The notes under the pieces were generated by a model. The model worked only from the letters and a program-made list of their open reading frames with translations. It made no database searches and was not told the origin of the DNA. Below, piece after piece: positions 37,133 through 46,871 of a stretch of 64,000 nucleotides of DNA. The first letter of the stretch is position 1. Every line of letters begins with the position of its first letter. Position numbers and translations under genes: made by a program. Source of the DNA: an uncultured Woeseiaceae bacterium (GTDB taxonomy: Bacteria; Pseudomonadota; Gammaproteobacteria; Steroidobacterales; Woeseiaceae). The stretch lies in assembly GCA_902517795.1 (NCBI GenBank), contig CABYDR010000001.1:2512-66511 (forward strand). Direction: 5' to 3'.

Positions 37133-38401
37133 ATGTCTTATTCTGAAACAATATCCAATTTAATAGAGAATCTTTTCGAAAACAGCAAAAGAGCTTCATC
37201 AAAACTATTATCCAAAAGAGAGAGAAGCTCAAAAGATATAAAAGAGCTTGCCAGCGATATAATTGACTCGGGTAACAATATAGCAAGAGTTCAAAGTGCA
37301 AAAGAGTTCTTTAGCATTATCAATAATCTTAGTGATTGCGAATTCAAGAAATTAATACTGCATCTTAGAGATGATAGAGATATCAATATTGAAAAAGCTA
37401 AACTTGCCGTAAAAGCCTATGATGATGACAAATCAGAAAAAAACTATATTGCACTTCAAAAAGCAAATGTGTCTGAAAGAAAGATACTTTTTAGAAAATT
37501 AAATTCATTCGATGAGTCGACCACCTACCTAGTAAAACTTCGCGAAAGAATCCTCTCTTCTTCATCAAAAAATCAAAACTATAATAAAGTTGATAATGAT
37601 CTAAAGACATTATTTTTCGATTGGTTTAATCGTGGTTTTTTGGTTCTGAAGCCAATTGATTGGAATACGCCAGCAGCTATATTAGAAAAGATCATTAAGT
37701 ATGAGTCAGTTCATCAAATAAATAGCTGGAGCGAATTAAGAGATAGAATCAATTCTATAGATAGAAAATGTTTTGCGTTTTTTCATCCTGCAATGGGAAA
37801 CGAACCATTAATTTTTGTTGAGATAGCACTTACCTCAGAATTGCCAAAGAATATTAATCAAATACTTAACACCACCAGATCAACAAGCAATATCAATAAA
37901 TTAAATAAGGCAATATTTTATTCGATATCAAATTGCCAAAGAGGTCTAGACGGAATCTCTTTTGGCAATTATTTAATTAAAGATGTGGTTAGATACATAC
38001 AAACAGAAATACCAGGCATAAAAGAGTTTTTCACTTTATCGCCTGTGCCTGGCTTTATGGACTGGATGAAAATAAATAATTATGACTTCTACAGAGACTT
38101 AAATTCTAATCTATCAGTAGAAACTATTACGGAAAATAAAAAGTCATTAGATGATCTGGTAAGAAGATATTTACTAGTAACAAATAGAAAAGATAACAAA
38201 CCCAATGATTCAGTGACTAGATTTCACATTGGCAATGGTGCATCGATGCATCAGATTAATTTTTTAGCGGATACTTCAAAAAACGGCCTAAAGAAAGGTT
38301 GTTCATTCATGATCAACTATAGGTATGACATTAATAATATAAAAAGCAATCAGGAAAAGTATGCTGCAAATGGACATATCCAGTACAAAAAAAATATCTA
38401 A
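37133..38401 (+). CDS. malonyl-CoA decarboxylase family protein
   Basis: The segment CFAFFHPAMGNEPLIFVEIALT and overall size match the MCD family. The N-terminal helical domain is also present. Confidence 0.7.
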   Translation: MSYSETISNLIENLFENSKRASSKLLSKRERSSKDIKELASDIIDSGNNIARVQSAKEFFSIINNLSDCEFKKLILHLRDDRDINIEKAKLAVKAYDDDKSEKNYIALQKANVSERKILFRKLNSFDESTTYLVKLRERILSSSSKNQNYNKVDNDLKTLFFDWFNRGFLVLKPIDWNTPAAILEKIIKYESVHQINSWSELRDRINSIDRKCFAFFHPAMGNEPLIFVEIALTSELPKNINQILNTTRSTSNINKLNKAIFYSISNCQRGLDGISFGNYLIKDVVRYIQTEIPGIKEFFTLSPVPGFMDWMKINNYDFYRDLNSNLSVETITENKKSLDDLVRRYLLVTNRKDNKPNDSVTRFHIGNGASMHQINFLADTSKNGLKKGCSFMINYRYDINNIKSNQEKYAANGHIQYKKNI

Positions 38402-38408
38402 CTTTATT

Positions 38409-39149
38409 TTACTTGATGGTCACTAAGACATACTCGATTGTCTCTTTCCCTTCATTCCCTCTTTCAAATGTGTCATTTGGAGATTCTGACTCTAACCATT
38501 CAACATCTCCAGGAGAGATCTCTCTTTCGCGGAATAAATATTCTCCATTTCTCTTTGATGAAATTGAGCCCCCTTTTATTACAATTGAAATTCGCCGTCC
38601 ATTTTGTAAGTGAGCCCCCTCCCACTCGCGTGGATTTAATATAACTTTTTGTGCAAAGAATCTGTGATTATCAAAAAGTAACTCTAGATTTACATATGGA
38701 TAGGTTTGCAGTTCAGTATCACCTCTCTCTTTTTCTGATGTATCTTGTTTCAGTGTCACGTATATCAATTCTATTGGGTTATCCCCACTGTTACCTGAGT
38801 CATGGCGATCCTCTATGGGGATAGCACCCACCCATCCGACCGAACCATCAGGAGAAAATTCTTTTTCGTACTCAAGTTCACCGTGCATTCTGCCAGACCA
38901 ATACCCACCTTTTATGTGAACATAAATCTGGTTTCCAGGGTGACTGTGGACACCTTCCCACTCTCCAGGGCCGACTACCAGCCTTTGAAGAACAACATAT
39001 TCATTATTAAAAATTACCTCACCGTCAGGATCATCAAGATTGGGATAATTAAGAAGATATTTAGAGAGATTTTCAGAATTTGAATTAGGTGCAAAAAGAA
39101 AATTAACTAGAAGAATAAATATAAAAGCTAATTTATTCTTTTTGCTCAT
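38409..39149 (-). CDS. secreted bicupin-like protein
   Basis: Two similar halves (PGEWEGVHSHPGNQIYVHIKGG and PREWEGAHLQNGRRISIVIKGG). The preferred start is the ATG at 39147-39149, with AAGGAG upstream and the signal peptide MSKKNKLAFIFILLVNFLFA. Confidence 0.55.
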   Translation of the reverse strand: MSKKNKLAFIFILLVNFLFAPNSNSENLSKYLLNYPNLDDPDGEVIFNNEYVVLQRLVVGPGEWEGVHSHPGNQIYVHIKGGYWSGRMHGELEYEKEFSPDGSVGWVGAIPIEDRHDSGNSGDNPIELIYVTLKQDTSEKERGDTELQTYPYVNLELLFDNHRFFAQKVILNPREWEGAHLQNGRRISIVIKGGSISSKRNGEYLFREREISPGDVEWLESESPNDTFERGNEGKETIEYVLVTIK

Positions 39150-39150
39150 T

Positions 39151-41034
39151 TCAAGATAGCTCCTTAACAGCACGCCATGCCTCTTCAATTGCCCTATTCA
39201 TTAATGAGCTTCCAGATGCATCACTATTTGCAATTGCTATTTTTCCAAATGGTCTTATGCCGATTTCACTCACTTTTCCATATGAATAACCATGCGCCCA
39301 TCTATTAACAGTAATACTTGCAACATCGCGATCGAAATTAAAGTAGTTTTTCGGTAACATTCCAGTTAAATGCTCTCTTATCTCCGCCTCATAATCTGAA
39401 AACTTCTTTCCAAGCATCCTGTATCTTGCCTCTTTGAATTGCTGGATAGCCGGGGCACCATGTGTGTCACCCTGGAGACAGCATCTCATGTGAAGGATAC
39501 AAGGATCATTAGGTGAATTAGTATACTCATATCCACCCATACTGGTTGGAAAATCCATATTAACTGCCTGATGCATGTTTCCTGGAGACATCGCCATGCC
39601 AATTCCTGCCTCCTTAACTGCCCTCCAATTTCTTAAACCAATAGTTGAGTACTGGAGAGGAATCTTTGTCAGTTTCATTAACTCTTGATACTGATCTTCA
39701 GGTAAATTATTAACTATATGTGGTATCATCATGTTATAGCAGGCTAAAATAACATTCTTTGACTTTACTCTGTAAGACGTTTCATTCTTTATATAATCTG
39801 TATAAACATAATCAGAATTACTTGCATCAGTCTCATGCTCAATATTTATGGCCGTGCTATTAAGCCTTAATCTTACATTGCTATTTTTTTTATCTAATTG
39901 GTGATAGTTAAACTTAGATAAGATTATTTCTTCAACATTGTCACCTTTTCCTACATTTGGAATAAGCTTTTTTACAAGCATTCTAGCTATAGTTGCATTG
40001 CCATCAGGATAGTGCTCAATAAATGGCTCCTCCACTGCGTATGTCCCGTCCTTTCGGTCAATATAATTCTGATAAGCCCCATCGTCGAGGACTTCCTTCC
40101 AAGTTGCCGCGTTCATGCCCAATGCTCCACCCTCAAGCGCACCATTTATAGTCATTACATCTGGTATTCCACCATAATCAACGATAGATTGTCTTGCCAT
40201 TCTATGAATCAGTGGATCTACAACCCCCAATGTATCTCTCATGTAATCAAAATAGGATACTTCTCTTACATATCTTCTCCATTGACTTTTTTCTATTCCA
40301 AGCGTCGAAGGTTTGCTCGTCAATAACTTTAATAGCTGTCTTTTTCCTTCAATATTCAAGGGAACTTGCTCGACAGCTTCATTGATGTCAATTTTGGGTC
40401 GCAGAAGACCTTCAATAAAACCCGGGTAGTCGCAAAATGGGTGTCTCACAATTTTATCTTCACCAAAATAACGCTCATTGAAATAAGTAACTGCTTCTAA
40501 CCCATGTTTTTTGAAGAAGTCTCTGTCATAAGCAGACTTAAAGGTTTCCATGTCAACACCGAGCTCATCCAAAAGTTTTAGTACAACATTACTGAATCCA
40601 CTGGGGTATTCAAATGACTCAGAGCCCCCCTCACCCAAAATCAATTTACCATCAACAATATGTTCATTCCTTCTGGCATGACCTCCAAAGTCGTCGTGAT
40701 TTTCAATTATGAGGATTTTTTTATTACTACCGTATTGTTGAGAGAAGAAATAGGCTGATGCAAGTCCGCTTATTCCTCCACCGACAACAACCAAATCATA
40801 CTCTTCGTCTAAGAGATTTCTCTTGCCCCAATCATTATTGCTCGTCCATGCTTTTTTATGGGCACTCTCGTTAGACCCAGGGTGACTGCCCCTAAGCCCA
40901 TTAAGTGCTGGCGGGTAACTCGAATTAGATATATCTTTAGGGTGTTGACCCATGCTGCTTCCAACTGGCATAGCCGAAGAGCCAAAGAGCATTAAACAGC
41001 CATTAATAAAATCTCTTCTATCAATTTTACTCAT
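39151..41034 (-). CDS. Tat-exported FAD-dependent amine-oxidase-like oxidoreductase (spermidine dehydrogenase-like)
   Basis: Twin-arginine-type N-terminus MSKIDRRDFINGCLMLFGSSAM and dinucleotide motif YDLVVVGGGISGLASAYFF. Confidence 0.65.
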   Translation of the reverse strand: MSKIDRRDFINGCLMLFGSSAMPVGSSMGQHPKDISNSSYPPALNGLRGSHPGSNESAHKKAWTSNNDWGKRNLLDEEYDLVVVGGGISGLASAYFFSQQYGSNKKILIIENHDDFGGHARRNEHIVDGKLILGEGGSESFEYPSGFSNVVLKLLDELGVDMETFKSAYDRDFFKKHGLEAVTYFNERYFGEDKIVRHPFCDYPGFIEGLLRPKIDINEAVEQVPLNIEGKRQLLKLLTSKPSTLGIEKSQWRRYVREVSYFDYMRDTLGVVDPLIHRMARQSIVDYGGIPDVMTINGALEGGALGMNAATWKEVLDDGAYQNYIDRKDGTYAVEEPFIEHYPDGNATIARMLVKKLIPNVGKGDNVEEIILSKFNYHQLDKKNSNVRLRLNSTAINIEHETDASNSDYVYTDYIKNETSYRVKSKNVILACYNMMIPHIVNNLPEDQYQELMKLTKIPLQYSTIGLRNWRAVKEAGIGMAMSPGNMHQAVNMDFPTSMGGYEYTNSPNDPCILHMRCCLQGDTHGAPAIQQFKEARYRMLGKKFSDYEAEIREHLTGMLPKNYFNFDRDVASITVNRWAHGYSYGKVSEIGIRPFGKIAIANSDASGSSLMNRAIEEAWRAVKELS

Positions 41035-42234
41035 TTACTTTACCGTTGTTTTCTCATAGATATCGGCATCGGATAGTTTCTTCCAATCGACATCGACGCC
41101 AAGCCCTGGTTTCTTGAATTCTCTTGTAAACCCATTTTCAATCAAATTATCATTCTTGAGACCAAAATGATACATGTCAATAGGAGCTGGCGTTTCAAAA
41201 TATGTAGATTTGCATGAAGCTAGCATAATATGAAGATTTACTGCCTGTGCCAGCGTATTGCCCCAACATTGCATTTCTAATTTTGCTGAATATTTATTTA
41301 TTATATTAATTAACTCGAGACTCTTAGTAAGACCGCCTACAATAGTTGCGTCAAATCTCGCGGCGCTCCAACAGTCATGCTTTAATCCATTTTCAATGTG
41401 ATCTTCAGAATAGAGGGTATAGCCATCTGGAATAATTGGAATAGAAATAGATCTCTTTAACCTGCTGTAATCGTCCAATAAATTATCCTTCATTGGTGCC
41501 TCTAGCCATTTAAATGTATTTTTATTCATCGCTTTACCAATTCTAAATGCTTGATCAAAATTATATTCACCTTCAAGGTCTAATATAAATTGGAATGCCT
41601 TATTACGAAATTGTTCTTCGATAAGGTTGACTAACTCAAGATCTTTCTCTATCAATCCCCAAGTATGAATTTTAAATACCTCAAAACCCATTAGAGCATG
41701 TAACTCAATGTTTGCGATCAAATCTTTGTTTTCACTATAAAAAGGCAGGCTTGCATACGCCTTCATGCTATGTTTCTGTCCACCAAGAAATTTATAAAGT
41801 GGCATGGAGGCTTTTTTGGCAGCCAAGTCCCAACATGCAATATCAATGCACGTGAGCACACTATCAGAGACATTTGAATATTTATTTTTAAGAAGTCTCC
41901 TTAAAACAATAGGATCATTTTCTCTGTTCGAAATTAAATACGAGCAAACGGATACAAGCTCGTAATAATGACTTAAATCAAACTCTTTAATCGAGTTAGT
42001 TGTTATGCCAGATAAACCTTCTAGACCATCTGATGTGATTACTCTCAAGATAAGATTTAAATGTTTCCATACCTCCCACTTAGAAGAGTATTTGGCATCT
42101 GTTTCATTTAAACCATAGGCATAAATCTCTATGGTTTTTATCTCTGGATTATTAGAAGAAGAGAAATATGAATCGTAATTGATATTGATTTTATTAGGAA
42201 GCTTATAAATTAAATCTCTAGTTTTATAGGACAT
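41035..42234 (-). CDS. enolase-superfamily enzyme (mandelate racemase/muconate lactonizing enzyme family)
   Basis: AIDIACWDLAAK-type motif (CIDIACWDLAAKKASMPLYKFLGG) and the barrel-domain pattern. Its stop abuts the start of the flavoprotein gene. Confidence 0.75.
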   Translation of the reverse strand: MSYKTRDLIYKLPNKININYDSYFSSSNNPEIKTIEIYAYGLNETDAKYSSKWEVWKHLNLILRVITSDGLEGLSGITTNSIKEFDLSHYYELVSVCSYLISNRENDPIVLRRLLKNKYSNVSDSVLTCIDIACWDLAAKKASMPLYKFLGGQKHSMKAYASLPFYSENKDLIANIELHALMGFEVFKIHTWGLIEKDLELVNLIEEQFRNKAFQFILDLEGEYNFDQAFRIGKAMNKNTFKWLEAPMKDNLLDDYSRLKRSISIPIIPDGYTLYSEDHIENGLKHDCWSAARFDATIVGGLTKSLELINIINKYSAKLEMQCWGNTLAQAVNLHIMLASCKSTYFETPAPIDMYHFGLKNDNLIENGFTREFKKPGLGVDVDWKKLSDADIYEKTTVK

Positions 42235-42795
42235 TTATGATTCTTTTTTCATAGACGGCCACGCTAATTGAAGATACCTGAACATAGACCAAAGAGTCAT
42301 TCCAACAGCAAGCAAAAGAAGTGTAAAACCTGTCGCGTATGTATCAATATTCATTATTGGTTCCTTGTATACCATGAAACCAATGCCGAACATTTGAAGG
42401 GCAGTTTTTAGTTTTCCCGACCAAGAAACGGCTACCTTTGATCTGTCACCAATTGTTGCCATCCATTCCCTTAAGGCCGATATCGTTATCTCTCGACCTA
42501 TAATAATTACAGCAATTATATCTACATACCACCCTGGATCTGATTGAACAAGAAGCACTAATACGATTGCAACCATCAATTTATCGGCAACGGGGTCAAG
42601 AAATGCACCAAATCTTGATATCTGCCCATATTTTCTGGCTATATAACCATCAAAAAAGTCAGTAATTGCAGCAATCCCAAAGATTATGCCTGCAATTGGT
42701 CTAGCTATAGCGTGATCCACATAGAAACATACCACTACTATCGGGATTGCAAGAATTCGCATTATCGTAAGCAGATTTGCAAGTGAATATTTCAT
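42235..42795 (-). CDS. pgsA: CDP-diacylglycerol--glycerol-3-phosphate 3-phosphatidyltransferase
   Basis: CDP-alcohol phosphatidyltransferase motif DFFDGYIARKYGQISRFGAFLDPVADK. 186 aa, directly after uvrC as in E. coli. Confidence 0.9.
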   Translation of the reverse strand: MKYSLANLLTIMRILAIPIVVVCFYVDHAIARPIAGIIFGIAAITDFFDGYIARKYGQISRFGAFLDPVADKLMVAIVLVLLVQSDPGWYVDIIAVIIIGREITISALREWMATIGDRSKVAVSWSGKLKTALQMFGIGFMVYKEPIMNIDTYATGFTLLLLAVGMTLWSMFRYLQLAWPSMKKES

Positions 42796-42817
42796 AACAA
42801 TATAGTAATTCTCAGCC

Positions 42818-44641
42818 CTACTTATGTAAATTATTACTTATGCGAACTGCTAAATCTTTACTGATGCCTCTGACCTTCCTGAGATCATCGGCACTGGCTA
42901 TTAAAACACCTTGGATACCACCAAACTGTTTAAGCAGTTCACGTTTTTTTACAGGTCCTAAACCCTCGATACCGTCTAATTTTGAGGACTTTCTGTTTAT
43001 TTTTCTTCTGATGCGATGACCAGTAACAGCAAATCTATGGGCTTCGTCTCTGATCTGCTGTATATAGTGAAATGCAGGCGAGTGAGATAAAACTTTTAGT
43101 ATATTTTTACTGTCATTAACATATATAGTTTCGTCTCCTGATTTTCTTTCTTTTCCTTTAGCTATTGCAGCAACAGATAAATCACTTATTTCTAGTGATT
43201 TTAAGATTTCATTTACCCTGCTTAACTGCCCTTTTCCCCCATCAATGAATAATATATCTGGCTTCTTTTCAGCTTTATTTTTAACTTTTTTGTATCTTCT
43301 TAGGATTGCTTCCGCCATCGCGGCATAATCATCACCTATTTGGGTTGTTTTAATATTATAGCGTCGATAGTCGGATTTTAATGGGCCATTTTTATCGAAT
43401 ACAACGCATGATGCCACAGTTGCTTCACCTGATATATGACTTACATCTATACATTCCATTCTTTCCGGCATCCTTCCATTCAAAATCAATTTTCCGAGAC
43501 TCTTAAGTTTAATCTCAGTTGATGAATCTATGGATAATTCATATTCCAAGCCTGATCGAGCATTTTTATTTGCTAGCTCTTGCCATTTTAATCTGTTGCC
43601 ACGGACATTATTGTTGAGTTTGATTTTTTTTCTGTATTTTGTTTTTAGAGAATTTTGAATCCATTCTTTATTATAAATCTCTTCTGATAATATAATTTCT
43701 GAAGGTGGTTCTATCTCAAAATAATGCTGGAGTATGAACCCTTCTTGAATAATCTCTTTGTCTTTGCAATTTTTAATTTTAGGAAAATGGTTCTTACTTC
43801 CCAAAATAGAGCCACCTCTAATAAATAAAACCGTAACACAATGTATATTTCCATTAGTTGCAATGCCGATGACATCCATATCGTATTTTTTATTTGAAAT
43901 GGCCAGCTGTTTTGCTTGTATTTCTTTTAATCGTTTAATTTGATCTCTGTAACGAATAGCTTCCTCATAATTCTGTTGGTTGGATTGCAAATCCATTTTT
44001 TTTATCAGTTGGTTGATTATTGAAGTATTTTTTCCTCTTAAGAAAGATATGGTCGACCTTACATCTTGCGAATACTCATCTTTTTTAATTAGGTTTACAC
44101 AAGGTGCTGAACATCTTTTTATTTGATACTGCAAACATGGTCTTGATCTATTTCTAAAATAACTGTCCTTGCATTGTCTAACCTTAAATATCTTTTGCAG
44201 CTCGGTGAGGGTTTCCCTAACGGCCATTACGTTTGGATAGGGCCCAAAATATTCTCCTTTTAGAACTTTATTTTTCCTTTGAAATTCAATTCTTGGAAAA
44301 TCCTGATGAGAAGATACATATATATATGGATAACTCTTATCATCTCTCAGCACAACATTGTATTTTGGTCTGTACCTTTTTATTAATGAGTATTCAAGGA
44401 TCAATGCTTCATTCTCGGTGTTGGTTACAGTTAGATCCAAACTTTTTACATTGCTCATTAGCAATCTTGTCTTACCGTGAGACTCATTTTTATTAAAGTA
44501 GCTGGGTATTCTTTTTTTCAAATTTTTTGCTTTACCAACATAAAGAACTTTTTCATCCGAATCTAACATCCTATAAGTACCAGGTTTTGATGGGATATTT
44601 TTAATGATAGTCGTGGGATGATCTTTTATTTCTATTAGCAT
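42818..44641 (-). CDS. uvrC: excinuclease ABC subunit C
   Basis: GIY-YIG N-terminus (PGTYRMLD..VLYVGKAKNLKKR), UVR domain and a C-terminal helix-hairpin-helix. 607 aa. Confidence 0.95.
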   Translation of the reverse strand: MLIEIKDHPTTIIKNIPSKPGTYRMLDSDEKVLYVGKAKNLKKRIPSYFNKNESHGKTRLLMSNVKSLDLTVTNTENEALILEYSLIKRYRPKYNVVLRDDKSYPYIYVSSHQDFPRIEFQRKNKVLKGEYFGPYPNVMAVRETLTELQKIFKVRQCKDSYFRNRSRPCLQYQIKRCSAPCVNLIKKDEYSQDVRSTISFLRGKNTSIINQLIKKMDLQSNQQNYEEAIRYRDQIKRLKEIQAKQLAISNKKYDMDVIGIATNGNIHCVTVLFIRGGSILGSKNHFPKIKNCKDKEIIQEGFILQHYFEIEPPSEIILSEEIYNKEWIQNSLKTKYRKKIKLNNNVRGNRLKWQELANKNARSGLEYELSIDSSTEIKLKSLGKLILNGRMPERMECIDVSHISGEATVASCVVFDKNGPLKSDYRRYNIKTTQIGDDYAAMAEAILRRYKKVKNKAEKKPDILFIDGGKGQLSRVNEILKSLEISDLSVAAIAKGKERKSGDETIYVNDSKNILKVLSHSPAFHYIQQIRDEAHRFAVTGHRIRRKINRKSSKLDGIEGLGPVKKRELLKQFGGIQGVLIASADDLRKVRGISKDLAVRISNNLHK

Positions 44642-44724
44642 TTTAATTACTGGATCAGAATTTTCTTATAAACTTATCAATGTGATTAATCAATTATAAA
44701 TCAAAAGATGATTTTATAACCATA

Positions 44725-45282
44725 ATGCCATTTATATTATTCAATAAACCATATAATGTTCAGTGCCAATTCTCAGGGCCCAGTCCGAATTTATCAGATC
44801 ACATTCATACAAAAGATGTATACGCAGCAGGCAGACTCGATAAGAGAAGCGAAGGTCTTTTAATCCTAACTGATGATGGGCGGCTTCAGTCGCGAATAAC
44901 AGAACCAAAAATGAAACTTGAAAAACATTATTGGGTTCAGCTAGAAGGTGAATTGAGAGACGAACATACCGATATACTCGAAAAAGGTGTCATGCTCAGA
45001 GATGGAAATGCGAGAGCTTTATCTGCGAAATTAATTGATGAGCCAGTATCATTATGGCGAAGATCTAAACCTATCAGATATAGGAAACATATAAATACCT
45101 CATGGGTAAATATCGTTATTTCTGAGGGGAGAAATCATCAAATCAGAAGAATGACCGCACACATAGGTTTTCCCACGCTGAGACTTATTCGCCATAGAAT
45201 AGGTCCTTGGAAACTGGAAAAGTTAGTGCCTGGTGAATTGATAGCCTATAGAAATAAAGAGGCTTGGTCGAACCTAAAATAA
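44725..45282 (+). CDS. rluE: 23S rRNA pseudouridine synthase E (RsuA/RluE family)
   Basis: Catalytic motif AAGRLDKRSEGLLILTDDG and the later GRNHQIRRM. Confidence 0.8.
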   Translation: MPFILFNKPYNVQCQFSGPSPNLSDHIHTKDVYAAGRLDKRSEGLLILTDDGRLQSRITEPKMKLEKHYWVQLEGELRDEHTDILEKGVMLRDGNARALSAKLIDEPVSLWRRSKPIRYRKHINTSWVNIVISEGRNHQIRRMTAHIGFPTLRLIRHRIGPWKLEKLVPGELIAYRNKEAWSNLK

Positions 45283-45292
45283 GGTGATCATC

Positions 45293-46636
45293 TTAGGCTG
45301 ATAACCCAGATATACCCAGCGCTATCTCCATAGCCTGCTCGTAATTTAATCTCGGATCTACAGGAGACTTATAGGCAATTGCCAGATCCTCATCATTCAA
45401 ACCTCTTGCACCTCCAGTGCATTCGGTAACATTTTCACCTGTTAATTCAAGGTGAACGCCCCCTAAGTACGAGCCCATATTTTTATGAATCTTAAAGGCT
45501 GACTCTAGCTCAGAGGTGATATTATCGAATCTTCTGGTCTTGACTCCGCTGGATGTTGATTCTGTGTTTCCGTGCATTGGATCGCATACCCAAAGAACGG
45601 GTGAAGCTGATTCTTGAACTGTCTTAATCAGTTGAGGTAATGTATCTTCGATTTTATCTGCTCCAAATCTATGAATTAGAGTAATTCTTCCAGGAATATT
45701 CTCAGGATTTAGTGACTTCAAGAGATCTTGCAACCAATCTTTAGTCATACCTGGTCCAATTTTGATGCCCATAGGATTTGCTACACCGCGAAAGTACTCA
45801 ACGTGCGCACCATCTAATTCAGCGGTTCTCATGCCAATCCATGGAAAATGCGTGGTCAGATTATAATAATTCTTCGTTCTTTCAATATATCGAGTTTGAG
45901 CTTGCTCGTAATGCAAATGAAGACCTTCATGAGCAGCATATATTTCTGCTTTTTGCGAAAGGAATAATGGTCTTCCTGAAGTACTCTCTATAAAGTCAAT
46001 CGATTCGGTTATGCTTTGAATTATTTTTTTGTACCTATCGCCCATCTCTGAATGACCTAGCCAATCAAGATCCCAGTATTCTGGGTGATGAAGATCGACG
46101 AAACCTCCATCGATTAGAGATCTCACAAAATTCATAGTTAGAGCTGCTCTTTCGTATCCTCTTAAAATCAATGATGGATCAGGAACTCGATCATCGCTAG
46201 TGAATGCACTTCTGTTGATTATATCGCCACGATAACTAGGAAGCTCTTGCCCATTCTTTAATTCTATATCTGCTGATCTTGGCTTGGCATACTGACCTGC
46301 CATCCTACCAACTCTCACTACCGGTTTTTTGAGGCCATACTGCATTACTGTGCTCATCTGTAGCAGAATCTTTAATTTAGCGACAATGCTATCTGAATTG
46401 CAGTCTGAAAAGCTTTCAGCGCAATCACCGCCTTGAAGAATGAAAACATCTCCTCTTTGTGCTGACGCTATATGCTCACGCAATTTATCCACTTCCCATG
46501 AAGTAACAATCGGCGGTAATTGACTTAAATCTAAAACAGCCTGGTTTAATTGATTCGCATCAGGGTAAGTCGCTTGTTGAGAAGCATTCATTTTTTGCCA
46601 AGAGTCTGGCGACCAATTTTTTTTGTTATCACTCAA
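45293..46636 (-). CDS. class II 3-deoxy-7-phosphoheptulonate (DAHP) synthase
   Basis: The 447-aa length and motifs (GRMAGQYAKPRS, CDPMHGNT) are typical of class II (plant-like) DAHP synthases. Confidence 0.85.
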   Translation of the reverse strand: MSDNKKNWSPDSWQKMNASQQATYPDANQLNQAVLDLSQLPPIVTSWEVDKLREHIASAQRGDVFILQGGDCAESFSDCNSDSIVAKLKILLQMSTVMQYGLKKPVVRVGRMAGQYAKPRSADIELKNGQELPSYRGDIINRSAFTSDDRVPDPSLILRGYERAALTMNFVRSLIDGGFVDLHHPEYWDLDWLGHSEMGDRYKKIIQSITESIDFIESTSGRPLFLSQKAEIYAAHEGLHLHYEQAQTRYIERTKNYYNLTTHFPWIGMRTAELDGAHVEYFRGVANPMGIKIGPGMTKDWLQDLLKSLNPENIPGRITLIHRFGADKIEDTLPQLIKTVQESASPVLWVCDPMHGNTESTSSGVKTRRFDNITSELESAFKIHKNMGSYLGGVHLELTGENVTECTGGARGLNDEDLAIAYKSPVDPRLNYEQAMEIALGISGLSA

Positions 46637-46871
46637 TGTATCAAAATTGCCTATTTTAAAATTCCAGAGAAGAATTGTGCACGTGTAAACATCTTAATGC
46701 AATCATAAGCTTACAAACATTATGTAAATTTTTTCTCTAATTTCTAATCATATATGCAATTAAGGAAAACAAATGAAATCTAAAACACTACTGGAAAGAA
46801 TTCAAAAGGATTGGCAAAATATGAACTATTATTGATATTGCATTTACCTCATTTTTCAAAGGGAGTCCATT

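Noticed and set aside
46773-46835. 20-codon ORF (MKSKTLLERIQKDWQNMNYY) with an AAGGA Shine-Dalgarno upstream of the ALDH7-type gene, considered as a leader peptide
   Set aside because: It is too short to evaluate, has no run of regulatory codons and no obvious alternative hairpins. It would need conservation or ribosome-profiling evidence.
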